From: Bdellovibrionales bacterium
Lineage (GTDB): Bacteria > Bdellovibrionota > Bdellovibrionia > Bdellovibrionales > UBA1609
Assembly: GCA_016714165.1 (NCBI GenBank)
Contig: JADJNU010000004.1
Span: forward strand, 44,944-108,943
Direction: 5' to 3'
Length of the DNA stretch: 64,000 nucleotides
The first letter of the stretch is position 1, and every line of letters starts with the position of its first letter. The position numbers and the translations under genes were made by a program. The notes beneath the pieces were generated by a model that made no database searches, was not told the origin of the DNA, and saw only the letters and a list, made by a program, of their open reading frames with translations. This document shows positions 9,889-18,953 of this stretch, piece by piece.

Positions 9889-10398
9889 TTAGAATCACCT
9901 TGCAATTGTTATACCAAGCCTTGCTCAATGAGCGCCCCACAGTGGCTCCCGGCGAGTGGTGAATGAATGCTTGAAGTTTCAGCGGGTTCGATTGCGCGAT
10001 CGTGACGGCGGAAGAATCCAGTGTCCGGTGACAGTACCTAATCTGGTCGCTTAGTCGCGAGATTTTACAATTTTCTTCTTGTAAGAAATCGATCCCCGGT
10101 CGTCGTGATCGGTCAGTTTCATAAATGCAATTCTAATATAAACTAATTCTATTTGTCACGATGCCCTTTTTGAAGCACCCGACTCACAAATGCAGAGCCC
10201 TTTAGTCTCAAGGCACAAGGGCCTGATTGGCCTTATTTTGTCGCTCTGCTGTCTGGCCTAGGCGCTATTCTCCGCACCTTAGGTTCTCAAACAAACTGAG
10301 ACTCAATAATTTGGTCGGTCTGGATTGAGCGCTCCATAAACCCTATTTCCCTGACTTGAATTTTTCCCATAAATTACTCCGCATCCAAGGAGGCTTGA

Positions 10399-10701
10399 GT
10401 GAAAAATTCTGAGCAAAGATTAAAAACTAAGGAATATTGGCAGACCAAAATCAGGGAGGCAGAGAGTTTTTCTGGCCCCGAGACCGAGTTCTGTCGGCAA
10501 GAGGGGCTGAACAACACAGCTTTCAAGAATTGGAAGTATCGACTATCGAGGGGAAGCAAGAGCGGGGGTAATCGACGTCGAAGGTCCTTGAGCTCAACTT
10601 TTGTGCCAGTGGAAGTTAAGACACCAAGAGCAGCTCATTCACTTCCTGACGCGCAGTGGGTGGCCGAGCTGATTTTTTATCTGCAGGGAGGTACCCGATG
10701 A
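10399..10701 (+). CDS. IS66-family accessory protein (orf1/TnpA-like), element A
   Basis: GTG start behind AAGGAGG. 100 aa. Helix-turn-helix-like ...FCRQEGLNNTAFKNWKYRL. Its stop overlaps the tnpB start (ATGA). Confidence 0.75.
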   Translation: MKNSEQRLKTKEYWQTKIREAESFSGPETEFCRQEGLNNTAFKNWKYRLSRGSKSGGNRRRRSLSSTFVPVEVKTPRAAHSLPDAQWVAELIFYLQGGTR

Positions 10702-11054
10702 AATCTCCCAGCCAATTTGAGGGAGTGTTTCTGCATCGGGATCCTGTGGATTTACGCCGTGGGATTCCGGGGTTGAGTCAGATTGTGGAGAGTGCCCAAA
10801 TGGGAAAGTTGAGTGGGAAAAATCTTTTCGTGTTCTGTGGTCGACGACGGCACACGATCAAGATTCTGTATTTTGATCGAAGTGGGTTCTGTCTATGGCA
10901 AAAGCAGTTGGATGTGGAAAAGTTCCCATGGCCGAAGAAATCTGTGGAGGAAGTCGTCCATATATCCACAGAGCAATTGAGTTGGCTTCTGGAAGGTTAT
11001 GATGTTTGGAAAATGAGGCCATTTTCAGAAATAAATTTTGAAAGAGTCTGTTGA
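10698..11054 (+). CDS. tnpB: IS66-family TnpB (orf2), element A
   Basis: 118 aa from ATG 10698. The sequence DPVDLRRGIPGLSQIV...LFVFCGRRRHTIKILYFDRSGFCLWQKQLDVEKFPWP matches the IS66 Orf2 pattern. Confidence 0.8.
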   Translation: MKSPSQFEGVFLHRDPVDLRRGIPGLSQIVESAQMGKLSGKNLFVFCGRRRHTIKILYFDRSGFCLWQKQLDVEKFPWPKKSVEEVVHISTEQLSWLLEGYDVWKMRPFSEINFERVC

Positions 11055-11489
11055 TCTTTCAAAGAAAATGTTGAAGAGTCCCTCGCATGCAAGCGCAGGA
11101 GTTATTTTCAAAACAAGAACAGTTGTCCTCGGAAAATGAAGGACTGAGAGCGCGTGTTCGTCTTGATGAAGAGAAGATCAAGTTCTTGCAAAGTGAAGTC
11201 ACTTGGCTGCATGAGCAGATCCGTTCTCTTAAGCGGGCGCAGTTTGGGAAAAAGTCGGAGACTTGGGTGTCGCCCGAGCAGAAGATTCTCTTCAACGAAG
11301 TGGAACTTGAAGCCTCCAAAGGGACACCTGAAGAGGATGAGGCACAGATCGAAGTCACGGTTCCTGCGCATAAAAGGAAGCGGGGTCATCGTCGTCCAAT
11401 ACCCGAGAGCCTGTAACCCATCAACTTGCCCCACATTTTTATATATAAATAATCTGGTAAATTGAATCCACGAACACAGGAGGTGTCGA

Positions 11490-11870
11490 GTGGATTTAGA
11501 GGTTTTGAAGAAGCGAATGAGTTGCTATCGAACGCCAAAGGGGAAGTTGACGCGAGTTCCAGATGAGCTCTTGATAGATATTTTAATGGCATGGGAGCAA
11601 TGGACAGGCCCGGCCAGCGGATTTCATGCTGCGCTGGGGGCTGACTACAGGAAAATGGCAGGCCTTATTGGACGAGCAAAGAAGTTAAAACGAGAGGGTC
11701 ACTTTCCAGAAGAGGCCTTCAAGGAGATTAAGTTGCAGGAATCTCCATCGAGTTCAACCTTTTTAGTCAGTGGCCCCTGTCAGGGGGTTGAGATTGTATG
11801 GGACAATGGGAAATTGATCAGGTTTAGCCAAGTGGAGCGGTTGGTGGATTTCTTAAAGAGAGTCGCCTAA
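11490..11870 (+). CDS. IS66-family accessory protein (orf1), element B
   Basis: GTG start behind AGGAGG. 126 aa. First gene of the element, immediately upstream of tnpB. Confidence 0.7.
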   Translation: MDLEVLKKRMSCYRTPKGKLTRVPDELLIDILMAWEQWTGPASGFHAALGADYRKMAGLIGRAKKLKREGHFPEEAFKEIKLQESPSSSTFLVSGPCQGVEIVWDNGKLIRFSQVERLVDFLKRVA

Positions 11871-11879
11871 AGGGAGTAA

Positions 11880-12326
11880 ATGTTAAATTTTAATCGACGA
11901 ACAAAGATTTTTGTCTCCAAGGAGCCTGCAGATATGCGGGCTTCCTATGACACTTTGTTTTCGAAAGTCCGAGATATTTTAAGTGAGGATCCATTTAGTG
12001 GCCATTTGTTTGTATTTATTAATTCCAGAAGATCGGCGATCAAATGTCTGTACTACGACGGCACGGGATTGGTGTTATTATGTAAGCGTTTGGAAAAGAG
12101 CACGTTTTCCAAGATCAATCCGATGTTCAGAGGTAAAATTGTACTGACGGCTGCGGAGTTTGCATTATTTTTTGAAGGTGCGAACCTTGAGAAGAGATTT
12201 ATTGAAAGCCCTCGGGAAATAAATAAAAAAATTCCCAATGAGTCAAGAGTTGCAACAGGCCTCGATGTAGTTCAATTTATTTTATGTGAAGCAAGATCAA
12301 ATTTTCGAATCCATTCCATGCCATAA
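11880..12326 (+). CDS. tnpB: IS66-family TnpB (orf2), element B
   Basis: KEPADMRASYDTLFSKV...GHLFVFINSRRSAIKCLYYDGTGLVLLCKRLEKSTF matches the IS66 Orf2 pattern. Confidence 0.8.
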   Translation: MLNFNRRTKIFVSKEPADMRASYDTLFSKVRDILSEDPFSGHLFVFINSRRSAIKCLYYDGTGLVLLCKRLEKSTFSKINPMFRGKIVLTAAEFALFFEGANLEKRFIESPREINKKIPNESRVATGLDVVQFILCEARSNFRIHSMP

Positions 12327-13836
12327 ATTCGAGTCTCTGACGAAGTTAGAGCTGATCGAGTTTAACGAGGCCCAGGCCCGGGTGATAAAACAGTTTGAAA
12401 AAGAAGTGGCTCGTCTGCAGGCAGAGAAAGCCGGGCAGCAGAGTTTGTTGATTGATGATAAATATATCTTCTTAAAAAAGAAGTTTTTTGGTCGCAGTTC
12501 GGAAAAGGAACTCCCCTCTGAGTTGGATCTACAGATCCCAGAATATCCTCAAAAGACTCCAAAGACCCGGGTCCTTCTTCCCAGCCAAAGATATCCACAT
12601 TTAGCAATAGAGGTTGAGGATTTGGAGCTGAAGACGCTGCCAGTCTGTAGTTGTTGTGGTTCAGAGACAATGGACTCTGGAATGTATGAAGTGAGTGAAT
12701 GTTTAACATTGGATCCGCGGGAGTTTTTTGTACGCAGAACTCGTCGTAAAAAGTATCGATGTGGCAAATGCCATGGATCGATGGTCACTACGCCCACATT
12801 GCCACGAATAATGCCTGGTGGAAGTTATTCTGATGAGCTGATGATTGATGTGGCAATGAGCAAGTACTGTGACTTGGTTCCGATTGAGAGATACGTTTCT
12901 ATCGCTGGCCGCGAGGGTCTGGAAGACCTGCCTCAGAATAGTTTGATTGAGACGACACATCAACTTGCGGATTTTGCCGAGCCGGCAGTTGATAGGATTT
13001 TAGACAAAGAGATTAAGCCGAGTCATGTTTTGCATGTCGACGATACAAGACATCGAATGCTGAAGAAGCCTAATCAGGCCCATTACCTGTGGGGTTTTTC
13101 AAATAAAATCGCCAGTTATTTTGAAGTTCATGGGACCAGATCTGGTGAGGTGATCAGCGAGCTATTGAAAGACTCAAAATGTGAGTATTTGGTGAGTGAT
13201 GCATTTAGTGGCAATAACAAATCAGTGAAGGATACGAACGATTATCGATTGCAAAATAAATTGAGTCTTATTCAGCAGGTCTATTGCAATGCTCACGCAC
13301 GGAGGAAATTTAAAGAGGCCAGGGAGAAGATGATCGATGCCCAGGTGTATATAGATCTATATAAAAAAATTTACTATCTCGAAGGCCAAGCTAAAGAAAA
13401 GCCGCCAGATGAGATTTTGGCTTTGCGCAGCCAGATGAAGCCATTATTTGATAGAATTAAATCGTTCTGTGTGCAGAATACAGATAGTTACTCTTCAAAA
13501 AGCTCAATCGTTGAGGCGATGAACTATTTTACAAAAAACTATGAGGCATTGACTCGGTTTTTAGACAATCCGGATCTTCCGATTGATAACAATCCGCAGG
13601 AAAGACTTCTTCGAAATCCTGTGATTGGCAGAAAGACTTGGTACGGAACCCAGACCGACCGAGGCGCAAAGACAAATGCGATCATGTTCACGATCGTGGA
13701 GAGCTGCAAACTCAACAAAATAAGTCCCAGGGAATATTTGAAAAATCTGGTCGTTAGTATCCTTCATAACAAAGAAGTTATAACTCCCAATGAATACAGG
13801 ATTTTGAAGGAATCAAAGACTCAATCGACGAGGTAA
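12286..13836 (+). CDS. tnpC: IS66-family DDE transposase TnpC, element B
   Basis: 516 aa. Zinc-finger CxxC..CxxC (CSCCGSE...YRCGKCHG), SKYCDLVPIER, HVDDTRHRML, CNAHARRKF, IDNNPQERLLRNPVIGRKTWYG. The stop lies inside the right inverted repeat. The exact start (GTG 12286) is uncertain. Confidence 0.85.
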   Translation: MKQDQIFESIPCHKFESLTKLELIEFNEAQARVIKQFEKEVARLQAEKAGQQSLLIDDKYIFLKKKFFGRSSEKELPSELDLQIPEYPQKTPKTRVLLPSQRYPHLAIEVEDLELKTLPVCSCCGSETMDSGMYEVSECLTLDPREFFVRRTRRKKYRCGKCHGSMVTTPTLPRIMPGGSYSDELMIDVAMSKYCDLVPIERYVSIAGREGLEDLPQNSLIETTHQLADFAEPAVDRILDKEIKPSHVLHVDDTRHRMLKKPNQAHYLWGFSNKIASYFEVHGTRSGEVISELLKDSKCEYLVSDAFSGNNKSVKDTNDYRLQNKLSLIQQVYCNAHARRKFKEAREKMIDAQVYIDLYKKIYYLEGQAKEKPPDEILALRSQMKPLFDRIKSFCVQNTDSYSSKSSIVEAMNYFTKNYEALTRFLDNPDLPIDNNPQERLLRNPVIGRKTWYGTQTDRGAKTNAIMFTIVESCKLNKISPREYLKNLVVSILHNKEVITPNEYRILKESKTQSTR

Positions 13837-15109
13837 GTTGATGGGTTACGAGAACCTTGAGCGAGAAGTGGTGAAGATCGAGCTTCCAGAAAATGAGCGT
13901 TTTTCTGAGGAGGGACAACCTCTCAAGGTGATTGGTTGGGAATTTTCGGAGAAGCTCAAGTATGAGCCAGCTAAAGTCAGTGTGATCCGCTATGAGAGGG
14001 CCAAGTATGGAGTGGACAGCGGGGACTATGTGAAGACCGCTCCGCCTGTGCCTTCTGTGATCCCTAAGGGGATTGCCACTCCCGAGTTACTTGCCTTCAT
14101 TATGACATCCAAATATTGCGATGGACTTCCGCTGTACCGGATTGAGGAGATCATGGATCGTCAGGGAGTTGATCTTCCCCGCAGCACGATGGCCCGCTGG
14201 GTGGTGCAAGTGGCGCAGGCTCTTGTGCCTGTCTGGAAAGTTCTTTCAGACCGGTTACTCGCCTCTTTTTATGTGGCCGTGGATGAGACGCAAGTGCAGG
14301 TTCTCAAAGAGAATGGCAGGAAGGCCGAAGACAAATCATGGATGTGGGTGAGGAGTACGCCCTACGGGGACAAGAAGATTGTTCTGTTTGATTATCGCAT
14401 CTCCCGGAGCCAGGAAACGGCCAGGCAGCTTCTGGACGGGATTACAGGATATCTGCAATGTGACGGATTGAATACCTACGATGTGTTGGAGAAACAAGAG
14501 GAGTGATCCGCATAGGATGTGGGATGCACTCCCGCAGGAAGTTTGAATCCGCCACAGTGGATGGGGCTAAGTCCGGCCGAAGTCTTGGAGAAACAGGCCT
14601 TGGTTACTTTAAAAAACTCTACGATCTGGAAGAGAAGATCGGCGAGAAGTCTTCTGATGAGCGGTATCGCCTGAGGTTGGAAATAGCTGAGCCCATCTGG
14701 AAAGAAATGAAGGAGTGGGCTGAAAGACATCAGCCCAAGGTTCCAGCCAAAAGCAAGATTGGAGGGGCCTTCCGCTACTTCTTGAATGAGTATAAGTACC
14801 TGACAGGCTACCTCAAGGATGGGCGTCTGGAGGCGGACAATGGCTTTACGGAGAGAGCGATCCGCAAGTATGCCATCGGAAGGAATGCGTGGCTGTTTTC
14901 CGACACCCCCGCGGGGGCCGAGGCCAGCAGTCTCATGTACAGCTTCACTGTAACAGCCAAAATCAATGGGGTGAATCCTTACACAGCCATGGTTCGACTG
15001 CTTACTGAGCTACCACTGGCCAAATCCCTCGAAGACTTCGAGCGCCTCGCTGAGATCATTTTATCACCTGATTCTCAAGCCTGAAAAATACGGGTTTTGA
15101 ATCGCTTAC

Positions 15110-15926
15110 TTCGGAACTCGCATTTTCGTACATCATCAAAGACATTGTTTGCATATTCAGCCAGGTGGAATCTATCAATGCAGATTCTAGCGTTGGGGCA
15201 CATTTTGCGAACGGCCTTGATAAATGGCTCGTGCATATCAAGGGAAAAATACTTTATCTTTGCAAGTTGTTCAGGTGATAGCTGATTTAAACAAGTGAGG
15301 AGGGATCTTTCCGATCGCCCAGGAGCGTTTGCTAAAACCTTTGACTGATCATAACAAACAAGATTGGTGACATACTTGATCTCAGGTCGATCAAGGCTAT
15401 TCTCCTTCGGCATCGTTCGAAAGTGAACCTCATCTCCACTCATTTTTTCCAAATCTATATTTTCTGGCAATCTCAGGAGTGGTTTCAGATTGACCATCCG
15501 ATTTTGATCCAGTGACCAAAGCGTTTTTGACGATGCATTTAAAAATCTGGCTACGGCCTCGCAGGGCATTTCCTCCATAAGTCGACCTGCAAACTCACAG
15601 AAGGAATAAGTCAAAGTGTCGAAGTCTGGATATAGAAAGGGAATGTGAGCCGACCTAATCCTATCGTCACACCCTAAACAGTACCCTCTCAGCTGAAAGA
15701 GAATCACCTCCACATACAAAAAGGCCCCAAACGGCGGGGCACGCAAAGATCTCTCTTTCCACTCATGTACATAGCCTATCTGATTGCCGCATTGATGGCA
15801 GAGACAGGAGGCTCGATCTTGCCTCACGAATACTTTTAAGCTCAACTCTGACCGGTCAAATTCAAATTTTTCGATAGTCACACCTTGTAAACCAAGGGCC
15901 GTCGTGATGAGATAAGAGAAGTCCAT
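15110..15926 (-). pseudogene. ISL3-family transposase, N-terminal ~270 aa only (truncated by IS66-A)
   Basis: ORF 15075..15956. ATG 15926 sits behind GGAGGT. ISL3 zinc-finger region (CLCHQCGN...GYCLGCD) and DDE region up to ICIDRFHLAEYANNVFDDVRKCEF. The reading frame then runs into the IS66-A right terminus at 15109. Confidence 0.75.
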
Positions 15927-16327
15927 CCTTGTACCTCCGCGAGTTTTTTTCTGCAAATTAAAGCTTATGCGAAAGGTCTTGTTTGATGGACTTTTTTATT
16001 TCAGCGACAATGCTCGACTTAGGTATTAACAAAATGAGTCACCTTCTATAATTCGGAGAGCCCAGAAGCTTAAAATTAAAGTGAACTGCTGCAGTGAAAA
16101 ATACCTTACCTGAATTAGAGAGTTAATTTTATACATGAACAAATGTGTTTGCAAATTTTGAACCAATTCGTATCCGGTCCAGTGGGCCAAAATCAAGAAC
16201 CTTACGTAGAAGATTAGATGTAAGTGGGCTATCGGTCCCATTTTTTTCCAAAAAATAGGAATGGCACCCTATAGCCCGCTGGCAATTAGACCCAATAAAT
16301 CTCTAGATCTGGTGAATCCTCAAATTC

Positions 16328-16462
16328 TAAACAGAGGCATCGGTGCTCTCAAAGCTGTGTAACCTAAGATTTCCTGGAGAAACATTGGGATTAGGCTCGG
16401 GTGGGGCGGCCAGGAATACTTTTGAATCGGGCCTAAATCGCATTTGAAATCCTTAGCCGTCT
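16328..16462. repeat. 135-bp direct repeat, copy 1 (identical to 17174-17308)
   Basis: Compared base by base by eye; all 135 nt are identical. Confidence 0.9.
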
Positions 16463-16471
16463 ACCCGATCG

Positions 16472-17140
16472 TTAGGGCCGACGAAAGAAATGATCATGTT
16501 TGCGGTCAGCAGTTGGAAATCCGCTGAATTCCAATTTTTTGAGGATATTTCTTGAAGCAGCGTTTTTCTTTAGGACAGAAGCATGGACACCGGTGGCATT
16601 CAAGTGATCAAACGCAAATTGAAGAACCCGATCCACCACTTGAGTACCGTAACCTCGCCCCCAAACTTCAGGCATCAGGGAATAACCGATGGAGAACCAA
16701 GTTTCACTCGGGCGACCAATTTCATAGTCATAGATGGCTTGAAGGTCCGCTCGAACTAACTGAATAGATCCAACAAGTTCGTTGTCAACTTCAATCACGA
16801 AATCGATCGCAAGATCTCTGACGGATAAGGCGGAGGCGAGAGTTCTTTGGCCACGACGAAATATAACCTTTACCCTATCGGCATCCAACCGATCCCCACT
16901 CATCCTTCTGACCTTTGGGTTTCCGAATAACTTGATCATAAAATTTAAGTCTGAGTCAGGATCTACCGGTCTTAACTGACAACACGCGGTCGCTAATTTA
17001 AGTTGCTCTATATTTTCAGACCGGGAAAGATTGAGTGCACCCCCCAGTTGAACATGGCAGATTTCTGCTCCAAGTGAGTCACTAGGTAAGACCAAAGATG
17101 TCACAAAAAACCAAATCAGAACAATGAAAAGATCTAACAT
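16472..17140 (-). CDS. GNAT-family N-acetyltransferase (RimJ/RimL-like) with hydrophobic N-terminal leader
   Basis: 222 aa. VGSIQLVRAD...FSIGYSLMPEVWGRGYGTQVVDRVLQFAFDHLNATGVHASVLKKNAASRNILKKLEF carries GNAT motif A and B. The N-terminus MLDLFIVLIWFFVTSLVLPSDSLGA is signal- or TM-like. Confidence 0.8.
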   Translation of the reverse strand: MLDLFIVLIWFFVTSLVLPSDSLGAEICHVQLGGALNLSRSENIEQLKLATACCQLRPVDPDSDLNFMIKLFGNPKVRRMSGDRLDADRVKVIFRRGQRTLASALSVRDLAIDFVIEVDNELVGSIQLVRADLQAIYDYEIGRPSETWFSIGYSLMPEVWGRGYGTQVVDRVLQFAFDHLNATGVHASVLKKNAASRNILKKLEFSGFPTADRKHDHFFRRP

Positions 17141-17173
17141 ATCTCCAGATCAAGCAAATTTCGTACCATTGTG

Positions 17174-17308
17174 TAAACAGAGGCATCGGTGCTCTCAAAG
17201 CTGTGTAACCTAAGATTTCCTGGAGAAACATTGGGATTAGGCTCGGGTGGGGCGGCCAGGAATACTTTTGAATCGGGCCTAAATCGCATTTGAAATCCTT
17301 AGCCGTCT
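17174..17308. repeat. 135-bp direct repeat, copy 2
   Basis: Identical to 16328-16462. It continues directly into the IS256-type transposase tail. Confidence 0.9.
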
Positions 17309-17536
17309 GCTCTACCTGGCAGTGAAGGATGCGACAGTGAAATGGACTACTCCAAAATGGAACTGGGGACAGGTCATTGCACAGCTCTCAATCCATTTTG
17401 GGGATCGAGTTGAACTGGACCTCATTTAAAGCTTTTGGGGGCTAGGAGAGTTACCCCTAGCCTCTTCAAGGTGTAAAAAATTTATGGTTTGAAAGGGTCG
17501 CTTTGAAGTCAGAGCTTATCATTGTAGATTCCGTTA

Positions 17537-18694
17537 ATGCAAAAAACATGTTTTTTACTATTTACGCTGCTCACATCGGTATCTTTTGCGACCGCGAATA
17601 CCGAAGGCTTTTTTAATCCCGGTTATCTGCCTCATTTTCCACTTTCTTCGGTTGAAAATAGTGTCTTCAAAATTGAAATTGCTCCCAAAATGCATGGGAC
17701 GGCATTTGCAATTTCAAATGAAGTGATGGTTACTAATGTTCATAATGTTACCCAATGCCTAAGAGACTATGGCTATGTAGATACTGGTTACGATGGCTCA
17801 CGTGGACCTCTAAATTGTAAATCTCTTGCACTAATCCTCCCCGATAGCAGCAAAGCTAAAGGCATCAAATTACTCGGCTCCAATTCTCGTCATGGCAATG
17901 GTGGTTGGGACTTTGCAATAATAAAATTATCTGGCCTCAATGCAGTTCCTATCAGCTTAGGCAAATCTGGGCCTGTTGCCGGTGAATCTCTTTTTGTAGC
18001 AGGCTTCCCCGGGGCAACATATCGAGGTAAGGAAGCTATTCTTGAGAAGATAGAAAAGTTTGTAGATCTCTTTGAAGCGATTTTCGAAACCCAATCAAAG
18101 TTAGGTTCGATTGATACCAATAAAAAGTCTTCGGAAGAGATTTTTCAGCTTTTTCTTAAAGACGGTTTTACGAAACTTCAACCACATACTACTTGGTCTG
18201 AATTCTTGTCTGGGTCTCTTATTGGGAGGTCTTGGAATCCCCTGCTTGCCTGGCAAAATGAATCCTCGGCAACATATTACCAAAACCTCATTAGGCACAT
18301 TGAGCTATTTAAAAAGGACTCTTTTATCCTACTTAGTATGGTTCAAAAAGGCTCCTACATTGCCATCACAGGTTATCCTGATGCGGATGGCTCTCTCAAG
18401 GTAAGTAAGGCCGAACTTCATAGGGATGCTGAGCCGGGTGTTAAAATACTACATGGAGACGCAACTCCCGGCTCGTCAGGAAGCCTTGTTGTAAATGAAG
18501 CTGGGGTGGCTGTAGGAATTCTGTTTCAAATTAGAGGGCTAGATCCAGACTCAAATGAACTTTGCTCGTTGGATGCAATTATGACTGATTTTGAGTCGAT
18601 TAATTTCAATTACTGTCCTGCACTGGGACCAACTATTGTTTCAAGTGATATTATTTTGAAAAAGCTCGCTGAATGGGATGTCGAACTCCCGTAG
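17537..18694 (+). CDS. secreted trypsin-like (S1 family) serine protease with a long insert
   Basis: Signal peptide MQKTCFLLFTLLTSVSFATA. Catalytic triad contexts are VMVTNVHNV (His), WDFAIIKL (Asp) and GDATPGSSGSLVV (Ser). About 185 aa separate the Asp and Ser contexts. Confidence 0.75.
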   Translation: MQKTCFLLFTLLTSVSFATANTEGFFNPGYLPHFPLSSVENSVFKIEIAPKMHGTAFAISNEVMVTNVHNVTQCLRDYGYVDTGYDGSRGPLNCKSLALILPDSSKAKGIKLLGSNSRHGNGGWDFAIIKLSGLNAVPISLGKSGPVAGESLFVAGFPGATYRGKEAILEKIEKFVDLFEAIFETQSKLGSIDTNKKSSEEIFQLFLKDGFTKLQPHTTWSEFLSGSLIGRSWNPLLAWQNESSATYYQNLIRHIELFKKDSFILLSMVQKGSYIAITGYPDADGSLKVSKAELHRDAEPGVKILHGDATPGSSGSLVVNEAGVAVGILFQIRGLDPDSNELCSLDAIMTDFESINFNYCPALGPTIVSSDIILKKLAEWDVELP

Positions 18695-18953
18695 AATTTT
18701 AAGCTTTAAATTTCTTTTGCTCTACTCAAATTGAAAGACCACCAGGGAAGATCAAGGCGAGAAATGTCTTGCCCAAATAAGAAAATTTGGCTAGACACTG
18801 TGAGTGCAAGAAGTGATGCCGCTCACTCATACACAAAATTTCTTACAGTCTCACTCCAAGCCTTCGAGCCCAAGATTGACCTTCCCAGAACTTAACCTTT
18901 TTTGTTTACCCATACATAAAAATCGCGCAATAAAATATCAGAGATCCAATCAG

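Larger units (their letters stand above)
11413..13849 (+). mobile_element. IS66-family element B (apparently intact), inserted in tnpC of element A
   Basis: Perfect 15-bp terminal inverted repeats: GTAACCCATCAACTT (11413-11427) and AAGTTGATGGGTTAC (13835-13849). Flanking 8-bp repeats are GAGAGCCT (11405-11412) and GAGAACCT (13850-13857). Three uninterrupted ORFs. Confidence 0.9.
11087..15084 (+). pseudogene. tnpC: IS66-family DDE transposase TnpC of element A, split by IS66-B and frameshifted near 14500
   Basis: Three pieces: 11087..11412 (coiled-coil N-terminus, ...RPIPESL), 13850..14506 (ENLEREVVKIELPE..KYCDGLPLYR..VAVDETQVQVL..LQCDG) and 14503..15084 (IGCGMHSRRKF..GRNAWLFS). They are colinear with full-length IS66 TnpC. 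Confidence 0.85.
10325..15109 (+). mobile_element. IS66-family element A (inactivated; carries nested element B)
   Basis: Imperfect terminal inverted repeats: TTGAGCGCTCCATAAACCCTATTT versus the reverse complement of the right end, GTAAGCGATTCAAAACCCGTATTT. Canonical orf1-tnpB-tnpC layout. About 2.34 kb once B and its duplication are removed. Confidence 0.75.
16261..17429 (+). pseudogene. degenerate 3' remnant of an IS256/mutator-family transposase gene, interrupted by the GNAT segment
   Basis: The clean C-terminal tail at 17290-17429 (EILSRLLYLAVKDATVKWTTPKWNWGQVIAQLSIHFGDRVELDLI*) matches the IS256 transposase C-terminus. Upstream pieces (PLAIRPNKSLDLVNPQILNRGIGALKAV, TFESGLNRI) are stop- and frameshift-ridden. 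Weak similarity may extend to about 16140. Confidence 0.5.

Noticed and set aside
10081-10100. GTAAGAAATCGATCCCCGG as the left inverted repeat of IS66-A
   Set aside because: It aligns poorly with the right end. The sequence at 10325 aligns much better (about 21 of 29 positions, with two 1-nt gaps) and is the point where homology with the second copy at 20819 begins.
9889-10316. Search for the missing C-terminal half of the ISL3 transposase (minus strand) or an IS256 5' part (plus strand) left of IS66-A
   Set aside because: Hand translation of all plausible frames gave only short, stop-interrupted peptides with no convincing ISL3 or IS256 motifs. The region stays unassigned.
10656-10697. Upstream extension of IS66-A tnpB to the ORF-track start at 10656
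   Set aside because: ATG 10698 overlaps the orf1 stop (ATGA), the usual IS66 coupling. It gives the normal ~118-aa TnpB, and the extension lies inside orf1.
16026-16241. 71-aa minus-strand ORF
   Set aside because: It lies between the ISL3 start region and the IS256 remnant. It has low-complexity hydrophobic sequence, no RBS, and the opposite strand shows weak IS256-like coding remnants.
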